IMG/VR virus record: IMGVR_UViG_3300009370_001778
Location: 1-64,000 of that record
Length of the DNA stretch: 64,000 bases
Source of the DNA: a virus
Strand: one strand, 5' to 3'
This document shows positions 27,380 to 36,833 of this stretch, piece by piece. Under the pieces are notes generated by a model. It was not told the origin of the DNA and ran no database searches. It saw only the letters and a program-made list of their open reading frames with translations. Position 1 is the stretch's first letter; every line of letters starts with the position of its first letter. The translations under genes and the position numbers were made by a program.

Positions 27380-29827
27380 ATGTCAGCAAAAAGTAAGCAA
27401 GTAAAAAAACGCAACGGGAGATTGGAAGAATTAAATTTAGATAAAATTAATGAGTGTGCGGAAAGAGCCTGTGAGGGGCTAGAAGAAGTTTCTGTTAGCG
27501 AAATAGTATTAGACGCTAGTCTTCAGCTCTATGACAAAATACCAACAAAAGATATAGACAAAGCGTTAATTCTATCGTCTCGGTCTAAGATTGAGAAAGA
27601 GCCAAGCTATGCATATGTCGCAGCAAGGTTACTCCTCAACAATTTATATAAAGAGGTTTTTGGAGAGGGTGTTGACAGTGAGGTATTTCAACAACAATAT
27701 AAAAAATCATTTATTCAAAACATAAAGAGGCTTGTAAAAGCAGAAAGACTTAGCGAAGATCTACTATCTTATGATCTTGACCTTTTATCAGACCACATTT
27801 CTCCAGAAAGAGACGGTCTTTTTAAGTACTTGGGTATTCAAACCCTATATGATCGATACTTCATACACATAGACCAAAGAAGGATGGAGACTCCTCAGGG
27901 TTTCTATATGCGAGTAGCAATGGGGCTTTGTTTAAATGAAGAAAACAAAGAAGACAAGGCTATTGAAATATACAATATGATGTCTGAGTTTAGATACTCT
28001 CCGTCTACCCCCACTCTATTTAATAGTGGAACACAGAGATCTCAGCTTTCATCATGTTATCTCAGCACTGTTGATGATTCGATAGACGGTATTTTTGGAA
28101 CCATTCATGGACAGGCTAGACTTTCTAAGTACGCAGGAGGCCTTGGAGTTGACTGGACTCCTGTTAGATCCTCTGGATCGTATATACATGGAACCAATGG
28201 CAACTCATCAGGACTTGTTCCTTGGCTCAAAATATTCAATGACACCCTAGTAGGTGTGAATCAAGGGGGTAAACGCAAAGGCGCTGGCTGTGCCTATCTA
28301 GAAGTTTGGCATCTTGATGTTGAAGACTTCCTCGAATTAAGAAAAAACACGGGTGATGACAGGCGTAGATGTCATGACATGAATACAGCCCTGTGGGTTT
28401 GTGATGAGTTTATGGAACATGTTTCCAAAGAAAAAGATTGGTATCTTTTTGATCCCGCAGAATGTCCAGACCTGCACGAAACTTACGGCGAAAAATTTTC
28501 AAAGCTTTATGGGCATTATAAAAAAATGGCAGATGAGGGTGAGATCAAAAGCTTTATTAAGATACCAGCTAAAGACCTCTGGAAGAAGTGTCTTAAGTCC
28601 TTGTTTGAAACAGGACATCCTTGGATTACTTTTAAAGACCCCTCTAATATACGGTACTCAAACAAACACGCTGGAGTAGTGCACTCGTCTAACTTGTGCA
28701 CAGAGATACTTCTGCATACCAAGCCCACCACATATCACGAAGGGGAGGTAGTAGAGAGAGGAGAGACTGCTGTATGCAATCTGGCTAGTATAAATCTAGC
28801 CAATCACATTAAAGTAAGAACAGTTGATTGGAAAAAACTAAAAGAGACTATTGAGGTTGCAGTAAGAGGGCTCGACAACGTTATAGATATTAATTTTTAT
28901 CCTACAGATGAAGCAAGAACCTCTAATATAAAAAATAGACCTATTGGTCTTGGCATTATGGGAACCCATGACCTTCTCCACAAACTGGGAATTTTCTATG
29001 ACTCGAAAGAGGCAGTTGAGCTATGTGACAAAGTGCAGGAATTTATCTCTCTTCACGCAATCAGAACCTCTGCGATTCTCGCTAAAGAGAGGGGGACATA
29101 CCCTTCCTTTGGGGGGTCTGAATGGGATAAAGGAAACTTTCCTATTGACACCTTTTGTGAGTTAATGTCTGAAAGAAATCCCGGAGGGGTAGCGGATGAC
29201 AAGGTGTCCTTTGAGACCCTAGAGGAATGGGATAACGTTAGAGAGCTGGTCTCACAATATGGAATGAGGAACTCAAACGTCATGGCTATTGCTCCAACAG
29301 CAACCATATCATATATACAGGGGTGCTCTCAATCAATCGAACCAGACTACTCAGTTCTTTTTGTGTACTCCACACTCAGTGGGGAATTTACAATGATAAA
29401 CGAACATTTTGTTACTGCTGCGAAAAAAGAGGGAATCTGGTCACAGGCTCTGGTAGATGCACTTAAGAGCGTAGATGGAGATGTAACAGCCTTGGTTGAT
29501 TTAGATGATGATCTAAAAGATAGATTTAAAAATGCTTTTGACATGGATTTTCATACAATTATAGAAGCCGCTGCTGCAAGACAGAAATGGATTGACATGG
29601 GACAGTCCTTAAATCTTTATAATAAACATGAAAGTCTTAAATATCTGAACGATATGTACCTTTATGCGTGGGAAAAGGGGTTAAAAACAACCTATTACTT
29701 AAGAAGTAAGGCCGCAACTAGACTAGAAAAATCAACTATTTCTGACATAAACACTAAGAATGGGGGTATAATTAATGAGCCGAAGGCTTGTTCTATTCTA
29801 GATCCCGGATGTGAAAGCTGTCAATGA
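27380..29827 (+). CDS. nrdA: Ribonucleotide reductase class I alpha subunit with N-terminal ATP cone
   Basis: VKKRNG, STPTLFN, LSSCY, SNLCTEI, VCNLAS, AIAPTATIS, KTTYY, C-terminal CESCQ. Confidence 0.95.
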   Translation: MSAKSKQVKKRNGRLEELNLDKINECAERACEGLEEVSVSEIVLDASLQLYDKIPTKDIDKALILSSRSKIEKEPSYAYVAARLLLNNLYKEVFGEGVDSEVFQQQYKKSFIQNIKRLVKAERLSEDLLSYDLDLLSDHISPERDGLFKYLGIQTLYDRYFIHIDQRRMETPQGFYMRVAMGLCLNEENKEDKAIEIYNMMSEFRYSPSTPTLFNSGTQRSQLSSCYLSTVDDSIDGIFGTIHGQARLSKYAGGLGVDWTPVRSSGSYIHGTNGNSSGLVPWLKIFNDTLVGVNQGGKRKGAGCAYLEVWHLDVEDFLELRKNTGDDRRRCHDMNTALWVCDEFMEHVSKEKDWYLFDPAECPDLHETYGEKFSKLYGHYKKMADEGEIKSFIKIPAKDLWKKCLKSLFETGHPWITFKDPSNIRYSNKHAGVVHSSNLCTEILLHTKPTTYHEGEVVERGETAVCNLASINLANHIKVRTVDWKKLKETIEVAVRGLDNVIDINFYPTDEARTSNIKNRPIGLGIMGTHDLLHKLGIFYDSKEAVELCDKVQEFISLHAIRTSAILAKERGTYPSFGGSEWDKGNFPIDTFCELMSERNPGGVADDKVSFETLEEWDNVRELVSQYGMRNSNVMAIAPTATISYIQGCSQSIEPDYSVLFVYSTLSGEFTMINEHFVTAAKKEGIWSQALVDALKSVDGDVTALVDLDDDLKDRFKNAFDMDFHTIIEAAAARQKWIDMGQSLNLYNKHESLKYLNDMYLYAWEKGLKTTYYLRSKAATRLEKSTISDINTKNGGIINEPKACSILDPGCESCQ

Positions 29828-29961
29828 TATTTCAAGAATACAGACAGTCACCTACTTCCCCATTGAAGTATGTAGTTGAATTGACTCCTGAGGAATTGGA
29901 AAAAGTGAAAGACTTAGTGTTTCAGATAATTAAAAGAATAAAAGAAGATGAAAAAAACTAA
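29824..29961 (+). CDS. Small hypothetical protein (45 aa) bridging nrdA and nrdB
   Basis: ATGA overlap with the nrdA stop; ends overlapping the nrdB start. Confidence 0.5.
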   Translation: MIFQEYRQSPTSPLKYVVELTPEELEKVKDLVFQIIKRIKEDEKN

Positions 29962-30955
29962 AGAAATTATATCAGATAAGGTATCTGTTGTAAATCAGAT
30001 CCTCCCCCATGTCAACAAATGGGCTTGGGACTTGTTTATTGATGGAGCAGCCAACAACTGGATGCCTACAGAAATTTCTATGGCAAAAGATATAGAGCAA
30101 TGGAAGTCAAGTCTTCTTTCTGAAGACGAAAAGCTCGTAGTCAAGAGATGCCTAGGGTTCTTTGCTGGCTCAGAGTCCCTAGTGGCAAATAACTTGTTAC
30201 TAAGCGTCTTTAAGTTTGTCACAGATCCAGAATGTCGTCAGTATATACTCAGGCAGGCATATGAAGAAAGCCTTCACAACCTTACGGTGGTTTATATTTG
30301 TGATTCTCTCAATCTCGATATCAATGAAGTATATGAGGCATACAACTCTATTCCAAGTATAAAAGCAAAAGACGACTTCTTAATGAATATCACAACTGAT
30401 ATCAATCGTCCAGACTTTAATATAAATACCATAGAAGGCAAAAGAGAATTTCTCCGTAACATTATTACATACTATGTTATCTGTGAAGGCATCTTCTTCT
30501 TCTCTGGATTTGCCATGTTGCTTTCTTTCAATAGACAAAACAAGCTTCCGGGAGTTGGAGAACAAATACAGTATACCCTAAGAGATGAAAGTTTGCACAT
30601 CAAGTTTGGCACCGAGCTTATAAAGAGAATTAAAGAAGATAATCCAAAGGTGTGGACAAAAGCTTTTGAAAAAGAGACTTTGGCCCACATAGAAACTGCT
30701 ATGGAGCTTGAGTTAGCATACGCAAGAGAGGTTCTTCCTACTGGTATATTGGGGCTTAATTCGGACATGTTTATTGATTATGTCCAGTATATTGCTGACA
30801 GAAGGCTTGTGAATCTTGGTCTAGACTCCCCGTTCGGAGAAGCTAAAAACCCATTTCCTTGGATGAGTGAAATCATTGACTTAGAAAAGTGCAAGAACTT
30901 CTTTGAGACACGAGTAACGGAATATTCCGTAGGCACGCTAGTTGACGACTTTTAG
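29948..30955 (+). CDS. nrdB: Ribonucleotide reductase beta subunit, class Ic (R2c)-type
   Basis: FFAGSESLV, EESLHNLTV (no radical Tyr), EGIFF, RDESLH, NFFETRVTEY. Confidence 0.9.
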   Translation: MKKTKEIISDKVSVVNQILPHVNKWAWDLFIDGAANNWMPTEISMAKDIEQWKSSLLSEDEKLVVKRCLGFFAGSESLVANNLLLSVFKFVTDPECRQYILRQAYEESLHNLTVVYICDSLNLDINEVYEAYNSIPSIKAKDDFLMNITTDINRPDFNINTIEGKREFLRNIITYYVICEGIFFFSGFAMLLSFNRQNKLPGVGEQIQYTLRDESLHIKFGTELIKRIKEDNPKVWTKAFEKETLAHIETAMELELAYAREVLPTGILGLNSDMFIDYVQYIADRRLVNLGLDSPFGEAKNPFPWMSEIIDLEKCKNFFETRVTEYSVGTLVDDF

Positions 30956-30999
30956 GTGTATATTTAGGTAGAACTCTACCTTTTATTCTGGAGCTAGCT

Positions 31000-32247
31000 A
31001 TGATTGATTTCGTTTTTGACAGAAGGAACTTATTAAGAATAGGATCTATAGGAGCTGGAATGTCTGCGATGGGACTTTCCGACTATACCTTTGCACAAGA
31101 TGGAGCTGTTGCATATAAAGATAAGACAGTGGTCTGGCTATGGCTTGGAGGAGGCCCAACTCAATTTGAGACATTTCACGCCCCATTAGACAATACTCCT
31201 TCAGAATGGCAGCCAGTAAATGGAAGGATATATGATTCAAAAACTAACATCTCTCTTGGAGCTGATTGGCAAGAGCTTTCCAAGCATACGAGCAAACTGA
31301 ACGTAGTAAATTCCTTCAGTCATAAAGACTCTTCCCATAGACAGGGGACGCACTTTATGATGACCGGACATTACAATCCAGACAGAACCACTACTTCTAT
31401 GGCAAAGCATCCTTCTTTTGGGTCTGTTGTATCCGCTTGTTATGGAACTAATAATCCAGAAAATGGGGTGCCTACCTATGTCAAGCAGGGCAAAATAGAA
31501 GGGGATGAAGGCTCTTGGCTTGGAGGGGCATACAAACCCTTTGACCCATCAAACAAAGACAACCTTACACCCAGAATAGAAATAGATAGATTTACCAATA
31601 GAAAGAACCTACTAAACGCTATTGATGCAACGAGAGTCTCTGGTAACGGAGCAGCATCCTCAGAGTTTTATAAGAGCCAAGCCTATGATGTAATCCTTGG
31701 GTCAGCTAAAGACGCTTTTAATCTAGATAAAGAAGACGAAAAAACAAAAGCTCTTTACGGATCTGACTCTATAGGAAATCAGCTGCTGCTCGCCAGAAGA
31801 CTAGCTGAGTATGGGACTCGTTTCATAACCCTTACTTATGGCGGATGGGATATGCATAGCAATATCTCTACAGCTATGAAAACTAAGGCTCCTCCAATTG
31901 ATAAGGCTATAGCTGGATTCCTACAAGACGTTTGGGATCGTGGACTAAGTGAAAAAATCATTCTTGTTGTTACTGGTGAGTTTGGAAGAACCAAATTCAA
32001 CGCAAACTCGGGTAGAGATCACTGGCCTTCAATTACCCCAATGCTTATGGCTGGTGGAGAATACCAATCCGGTAGAACGATTGGCGCAGCAGACAGATCA
32101 TATAGCCCAATAGAAAACCCTGTTGGCCCTCTTGATCTTCAAGCAACCCTGTTCGATCATTTTGGGATAGATAAAAATACACAAAGAGTAGACAATGGTG
32201 GACGACCAAGATATTTACTTGAAGGAGAAGCAAAGGTCATACTATAA
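31000..32247 (+). CDS. DUF1501 family protein (Tat signal)
   Basis: RRNLLRIG, WLGGGPTQFETF, LLARRLAE.G, GWDMH, GEFGRT, GRDHWP. Confidence 0.88.
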   Translation: MIDFVFDRRNLLRIGSIGAGMSAMGLSDYTFAQDGAVAYKDKTVVWLWLGGGPTQFETFHAPLDNTPSEWQPVNGRIYDSKTNISLGADWQELSKHTSKLNVVNSFSHKDSSHRQGTHFMMTGHYNPDRTTTSMAKHPSFGSVVSACYGTNNPENGVPTYVKQGKIEGDEGSWLGGAYKPFDPSNKDNLTPRIEIDRFTNRKNLLNAIDATRVSGNGAASSEFYKSQAYDVILGSAKDAFNLDKEDEKTKALYGSDSIGNQLLLARRLAEYGTRFITLTYGGWDMHSNISTAMKTKAPPIDKAIAGFLQDVWDRGLSEKIILVVTGEFGRTKFNANSGRDHWPSITPMLMAGGEYQSGRTIGAADRSYSPIENPVGPLDLQATLFDHFGIDKNTQRVDNGGRPRYLLEGEAKVIL

Positions 32248-32402
32248 AGGGAGTTAAAATGAAATTTTTAAAACCATTAATGGCCGCTTTTCATCTTTCG
32301 GGTATAATATTTTTTTTAGTCGCGTCGGCTATTTTTTTGTTAGCTTGGTTAAAACTGGGTTGGATTTTTGGTTAGTACTAGAAGATAGGTAGAGGTAATT
32401 TT

Positions 32403-32819
32403 ATGATGCTTGAATATGTTAAAGAATATTTTAAGCTTAAGGCAAAGGCCAAAAAGGATATGTTCGATAATCCTGAAGAGGCTAAAAAACGAGGAAAAGA
32501 ACTAGGAGTTGAAGGTGTGCATACCCACAAGGATGATACCGGAAAGACTGTATATATGCCCGGGAAAAGCCATGAGGAGTACATGAAGGCTCTCAGGAAA
32601 AAAGAGGCCGAAGCTCTACATCCTGCCTTTAAAAAAATCATCGAGGGCGAGGAGGGGTCACGACCTGATCCTAGCTCAGCTGGTTATAAATATGAGGACC
32701 CAAGGACAGGAGAGATTTTTACCTTTAAAAGAAGAGGGGTCTACAAAAAGAATGGCAGAATTCTTATTTTTGTTTCTAAATCAGATAAGAATAAGGGCAG
32801 TTCAAAGGATACAAAATGA
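32403..32819 (+). CDS. Hypothetical phage protein
   Basis: G.H.H....VYMPG.SHEEY motif; basic. Confidence 0.6.
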   Translation: MMLEYVKEYFKLKAKAKKDMFDNPEEAKKRGKELGVEGVHTHKDDTGKTVYMPGKSHEEYMKALRKKEAEALHPAFKKIIEGEEGSRPDPSSAGYKYEDPRTGEIFTFKRRGVYKKNGRILIFVSKSDKNKGSSKDTK

Positions 32820-34120
32820 GTTATAAAAAAGATTTAGGTCGCCGCTCGTTTATGCAGGTGGGATTTTTAGGAGGGCTAGGACTTAGTTTATCGGACTATT
32901 TAAAAATAAAAGAAGCCCAAGCAGATCAGAAGTTCTACGAAAGTAAAGAGGGGCCAGCCAAGTCCGTCATCTACATCTATCTTCCCGGTGGATGTGCTCA
33001 TCAGGAAACATGGGACCCCAAGCCATTTGCCCCTATTGAATATCGTGGCCCAATGGGTAGTATTGAAACCAATATTGTGGGCACTCGACTCAATGAGACT
33101 ATGGTCAATACTGCAAAGGTAGCGGACAAGATTGCGATTTGCCGCAGTATGACCCATGGTGAAGCCGCCCACGAACGTGGCACTCACAACATGTTTACTG
33201 GGTATCGTCCTAGTCCAGCCCTACAATACCCCTCTATAGGTTCTGTAGTTTCTCATGAGTTTGGGCCACGTCAAAATCTCCCTCCTTACGTATGCATTCC
33301 AGACCAGCCGAACGAATTTGCTGGTACGGGATATCTCAGCAGTTCATTCTCAGGATTCAGCTTAGGCTCAGACCCAGCTAGCGATAGTTTCCAAGTTAGA
33401 GATCTTAGACTGCCGGGAGGAGTAGACGATAGCCGCTTCAGTAAACGTCGGAATATGTTAAATACTGTTAATGATTATTTTGCCACCAAAGAAAAGTCCG
33501 ACTCTCTAGATGCTGTAGATTCTTTCTATGATAGGGCTTACAGTCTTATAAGTAGCGAAAAAGCACGAAATGCATTTGATATAAACAAAGAAGATGGTGC
33601 CGTGCGAGATAAGTATGGTCGCAACACGGCAGGCGCTCGCATGTTGCTTGCTCGTCGCCTCATAGAAGCAGGAACTCGTTTTGTATCTCTTACCTACGGT
33701 GGCTGGGACATGCATAACAATATTGAAAATTCAATGAAGGGTCAGCTTCCTGCATTTGATCAAGGGTTTGCTGCACTTATAGAAGACTTAGACCAAAGAG
33801 GATTATTAGATTCAACTCTGGTTTGTGTTGCTTCTGAATTTGGGAGAACCCCAAAGATTAACGCGACAGCAGGAAGAGACCATTGGCCAAAAGTCTTTAG
33901 CGTTGTGATGGCTGGAGGAGGAATCAAAAAAGGTATTGTGCATGGGTCATCTAACGCAACAGCTAGTGAGCCAGAAGACAGTCCTCTAACAGTCAAAGAC
34001 TGGGCCACCACCATATATGATAGGCTAGGTATCGTCTCTGATAAAGAGCTAATGGCTCCCGGAGATCGCCCTATTGAAATTGTTGATGGCGGAAAAACCG
34101 TACAAGAATTAATTATTTAA
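32816..34120 (+). CDS. DUF1501 family protein (Tat signal)
   Basis: RRSFMQVG, YLPGG.AHQETWDPKP, GWDMH, SEFGRTP, GRDHWP. Confidence 0.9.
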   Translation: MSYKKDLGRRSFMQVGFLGGLGLSLSDYLKIKEAQADQKFYESKEGPAKSVIYIYLPGGCAHQETWDPKPFAPIEYRGPMGSIETNIVGTRLNETMVNTAKVADKIAICRSMTHGEAAHERGTHNMFTGYRPSPALQYPSIGSVVSHEFGPRQNLPPYVCIPDQPNEFAGTGYLSSSFSGFSLGSDPASDSFQVRDLRLPGGVDDSRFSKRRNMLNTVNDYFATKEKSDSLDAVDSFYDRAYSLISSEKARNAFDINKEDGAVRDKYGRNTAGARMLLARRLIEAGTRFVSLTYGGWDMHNNIENSMKGQLPAFDQGFAALIEDLDQRGLLDSTLVCVASEFGRTPKINATAGRDHWPKVFSVVMAGGGIKKGIVHGSSNATASEPEDSPLTVKDWATTIYDRLGIVSDKELMAPGDRPIEIVDGGKTVQELII

Positions 34121-34125
34121 CGTGA

Positions 34126-34665
34126 ATGGAGAAGAAAATGAATAGAAGAAATGTAATATCTATTGTTGCTGCAACACTCATGCTGCCAATGGGTCTAATC
34201 GCTGCACCTTCAAATGGTAGACCTTCAAGACCATCTTGCAAAGACTGCAAGAAATGCGGTCGCGCATGTAAATGTGAATGCAGTAAAGGCTGCAAGTGTA
34301 AGCCCGGATGCTGTAAACAGGGAGAGTCCAAGCCTAAAGCTCCTCAGAAACCTCGTGGTTTTGATGGAAGAGCCCCTAGCTTCCGACCTCCTAATAGCAG
34401 ACCTCCGAGCGGTTTTGATAGAAGAACTCCCGGTTTTGGACCTCCATCACATGGTAGACCTCCACAAGGAAGACCTTATCATAACAAAGAAAGTCGCTTT
34501 GAGAAAGATGAAGCTCGTCACCTGCCCTCATCAAAACATAACCCTACTAATTATGAAATCATGATGCGTAGGTTTGATAAAAATAAAGACGGTAAAATTC
34601 AAGCAGAAGAGAAAAAAGCTGCTCAGAACTGGTTTCGAGAAAGAGCTTCCCTATGGCAAAAATAA
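34126..34665 (+). CDS. Secreted protein with metallothionein-like Cys cluster, Pro-rich linker and EF-hand
   Basis: RR signal, CKDCKKCGRACKCECSKGCKCKPGCC, FDKNKDGKIQAEE. Confidence 0.65.
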   Translation: MEKKMNRRNVISIVAATLMLPMGLIAAPSNGRPSRPSCKDCKKCGRACKCECSKGCKCKPGCCKQGESKPKAPQKPRGFDGRAPSFRPPNSRPPSGFDRRTPGFGPPSHGRPPQGRPYHNKESRFEKDEARHLPSSKHNPTNYEIMMRRFDKNKDGKIQAEEKKAAQNWFRERASLWQK

Positions 34666-34937
34666 ATGATTGGGTTCAAAGAACGAAGTTTCCACTTCCG
34701 GGGAAAGAACCGTTTGACTGACACGAGTATTCTATCGCACAGGTTGTGCGTATTGATGAAGAGAGCGTAGAGGTAGATTTTGCGTGTAGCTGCATGACAT
34801 TTGATGGAAGCAGCCGCAAGCTTTGGCATCATGGAGAGTATCTTCCTGTTGATGAAAAATCTTACGCAAAACATAAAGAGGCACATGATGCCTGTTGTTT
34901 ATTTAATGAAGAATTAGAGGTAGATTATGCAGCGTAG
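34653..34937 (+). CDS. 94-aa ORF with in-frame TGA (34719-34721): candidate selenoprotein or pseudogene
   Basis: ATG 34653 in frame with ORF 34746..34937; SECIS-like hairpin cgcac-aggtt-gtgcg downstream of the TGA. Confidence 0.45.
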
Positions 34938-36147
34938 AAATTTCTTAAAACACCTATCATTATTCCCTGCCATACCTTTAGTAGAATCTCTTAGAGCCAA
35001 TCAGGAAGAGTTAAAGAAAAATGGAAAATCTGCTATCCTACTATGGATGGGAGGCGGCCCATCTACTATGGATATTTGGGATCTAAAGCCAGAGGCATCA
35101 ACGGGAGGTCCGTTTAGACCAATAGGCACCTCGGGAGATGTCCAGATTTGCGAGCACATGCCATTGATGGCAAAGCAGATGCACAATATGGCCATTGTTA
35201 GGTCAATGAGTACTCGCGAGGCAGACCATATGCGTGGACGATATTATATGCATACGGGCTATGTCCCTAATCCATCTATTGAGCACCCTAGCTATGGGTC
35301 TTTGCTGTCTCATCAGTTGCGACGAGACGACATTGAAATACCTCAGTTCGTTACTGTTGGAGGGGGTAGTATGGGAGCAGGTTTTCTTGGAGCTCAGTAC
35401 AATCCCTTTTCTGTCAACAGTGATGGTAGAATAAGAAATCTAGATATGAAGGTAGACGCAAGACTCATTCAAAGAGCTTATGCTCTTGACCTCATAGAAA
35501 GTAATTTCATCAACCAGAAAAGAGGCTCTCTTGCCAAGGATCACCAATCGGTATTAAAGCAAACGTTCAATCTTCTCACAAGTGAACAGATGGAGGCCTT
35601 TAAGATTGCAGGAGAACCTGAACCTGTTAAAGAAAGATATGGAGACAATGGGTTTGGTAAAGGATGTTTAATGGCAAGAAGACTTGTCGAAGTTGGAGTT
35701 CCCTTTATTGAAGTTAATTTAGGAGGGTGGGACAATCATCAGAATATTTTCCCAACACTAAAAGATAATAAACTACCTGTGCTTGACCAAGGAATGAGCG
35801 CACTAGTTGAAGATCTAGAGCAACGAGAACTACTCAAGGATACAGCTATCATCTGGATGGGTGAATTTAGCCGCACTCCTCGCATCAATGGAAACGCTGG
35901 GCGTGATCACTGGGCTCGTAGTTGGAGCGTTGTAGTTGGTGGAGCAGGCATGAATGGTGGTATTGCGGTAGGGGAAACTAGTGATGATGGCACTAAGGTT
36001 ATAACAGACCCTTATTCATCTCAGGATATTATGGCTTCTGTCTGCAAGGCATTAGGCATTTCTTTGAGCACGACCTTTACTAGTAACAGTGGACGGCCCA
36101 TGAAGATTGCCAATTCTGGAAAAATAATCAAGGAACTGTTTGCATAA
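34927..36147 (+). CDS. DUF1501 family protein (Tat signal)
   Basis: RRNFLK, WMGGGPSTMDIWDLKP, GWDNH, GEFSRTP, GRDHW. Confidence 0.9.
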   Translation: MQRRNFLKHLSLFPAIPLVESLRANQEELKKNGKSAILLWMGGGPSTMDIWDLKPEASTGGPFRPIGTSGDVQICEHMPLMAKQMHNMAIVRSMSTREADHMRGRYYMHTGYVPNPSIEHPSYGSLLSHQLRRDDIEIPQFVTVGGGSMGAGFLGAQYNPFSVNSDGRIRNLDMKVDARLIQRAYALDLIESNFINQKRGSLAKDHQSVLKQTFNLLTSEQMEAFKIAGEPEPVKERYGDNGFGKGCLMARRLVEVGVPFIEVNLGGWDNHQNIFPTLKDNKLPVLDQGMSALVEDLEQRELLKDTAIIWMGEFSRTPRINGNAGRDHWARSWSVVVGGAGMNGGIAVGETSDDGTKVITDPYSSQDIMASVCKALGISLSTTFTSNSGRPMKIANSGKIIKELFA

Positions 36148-36788
36148 TGAATATATTTAATAAGTCTTTAATTCTCTTGACAATGGTTTTGTTTTCGACC
36201 CCTCTGGTCGCACAAGAAACACAAAGCAAAGAACAGGTGCGAGTTTCTGTACAGTTAAAAATGGTGCAAGCTATTAGATTACAAAAGTTAGGCAATGAGG
36301 AGAAAGCTAAGTCTTTGGTTGATGAATGTATTTCAATTATTCTTACAGCAATCCGTAATGGAGAGCCTCAACCGTGGATGAAATCAGGCCTAAGATTGGC
36401 CATGCAGTCTAACCGCACCCCACCGGAAGAAATCGAACGAATAATGAGCGAGGTGGATAGATATATTCCTATTGCAGAGCAAAGAGCCCTCACTCTTAGG
36501 GAAAAGCTCAACAGTCTAGAGAATACCCCTGCAACGCGAGAGCTTGCTAGAGACAGAAAGGCTCTAATGTTTAACAGAACTCCAACATTAGGACAAAGAG
36601 GTGTCGGATATCACCCTATTATATCAGTGCTTCCGCAGGGCCATTCTATGACAGCGGGACCAGTTATAGTTTCTCCAGACCGAAGATATGTTAGAGTAGG
36701 AATCTCCACCTATCAAATGAGCATTGGAGCAGTTCACACCTTCAACTTTTCCACTGGTAAATACCAAAGTTTAGACAATAATAGGTGA
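36147..36788 (+). CDS. Secreted protein with planctomycete-type C-terminal VSxDRRYVR motif
   Basis: Signal peptide; GYHPIISVLPQG.SMT....VSPDRRYVRVG...IGAVHTFNF. Confidence 0.6.
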   Translation: MNIFNKSLILLTMVLFSTPLVAQETQSKEQVRVSVQLKMVQAIRLQKLGNEEKAKSLVDECISIILTAIRNGEPQPWMKSGLRLAMQSNRTPPEEIERIMSEVDRYIPIAEQRALTLREKLNSLENTPATRELARDRKALMFNRTPTLGQRGVGYHPIISVLPQGHSMTAGPVIVSPDRRYVRVGISTYQMSIGAVHTFNFSTGKYQSLDNNR

Positions 36789-36833
36789 TAAGTGGTGTAT
36801 TCTATAGTAACATAGTTTTTTTAGGAGACAAAA

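Noticed and set aside
27098-27380. Cobalamin riboswitch or NrdR box upstream of nrdA
   Set aside because: No B12-box/GGGAA consensus; the palindrome near 27344 does not fit NrdR spacing well.
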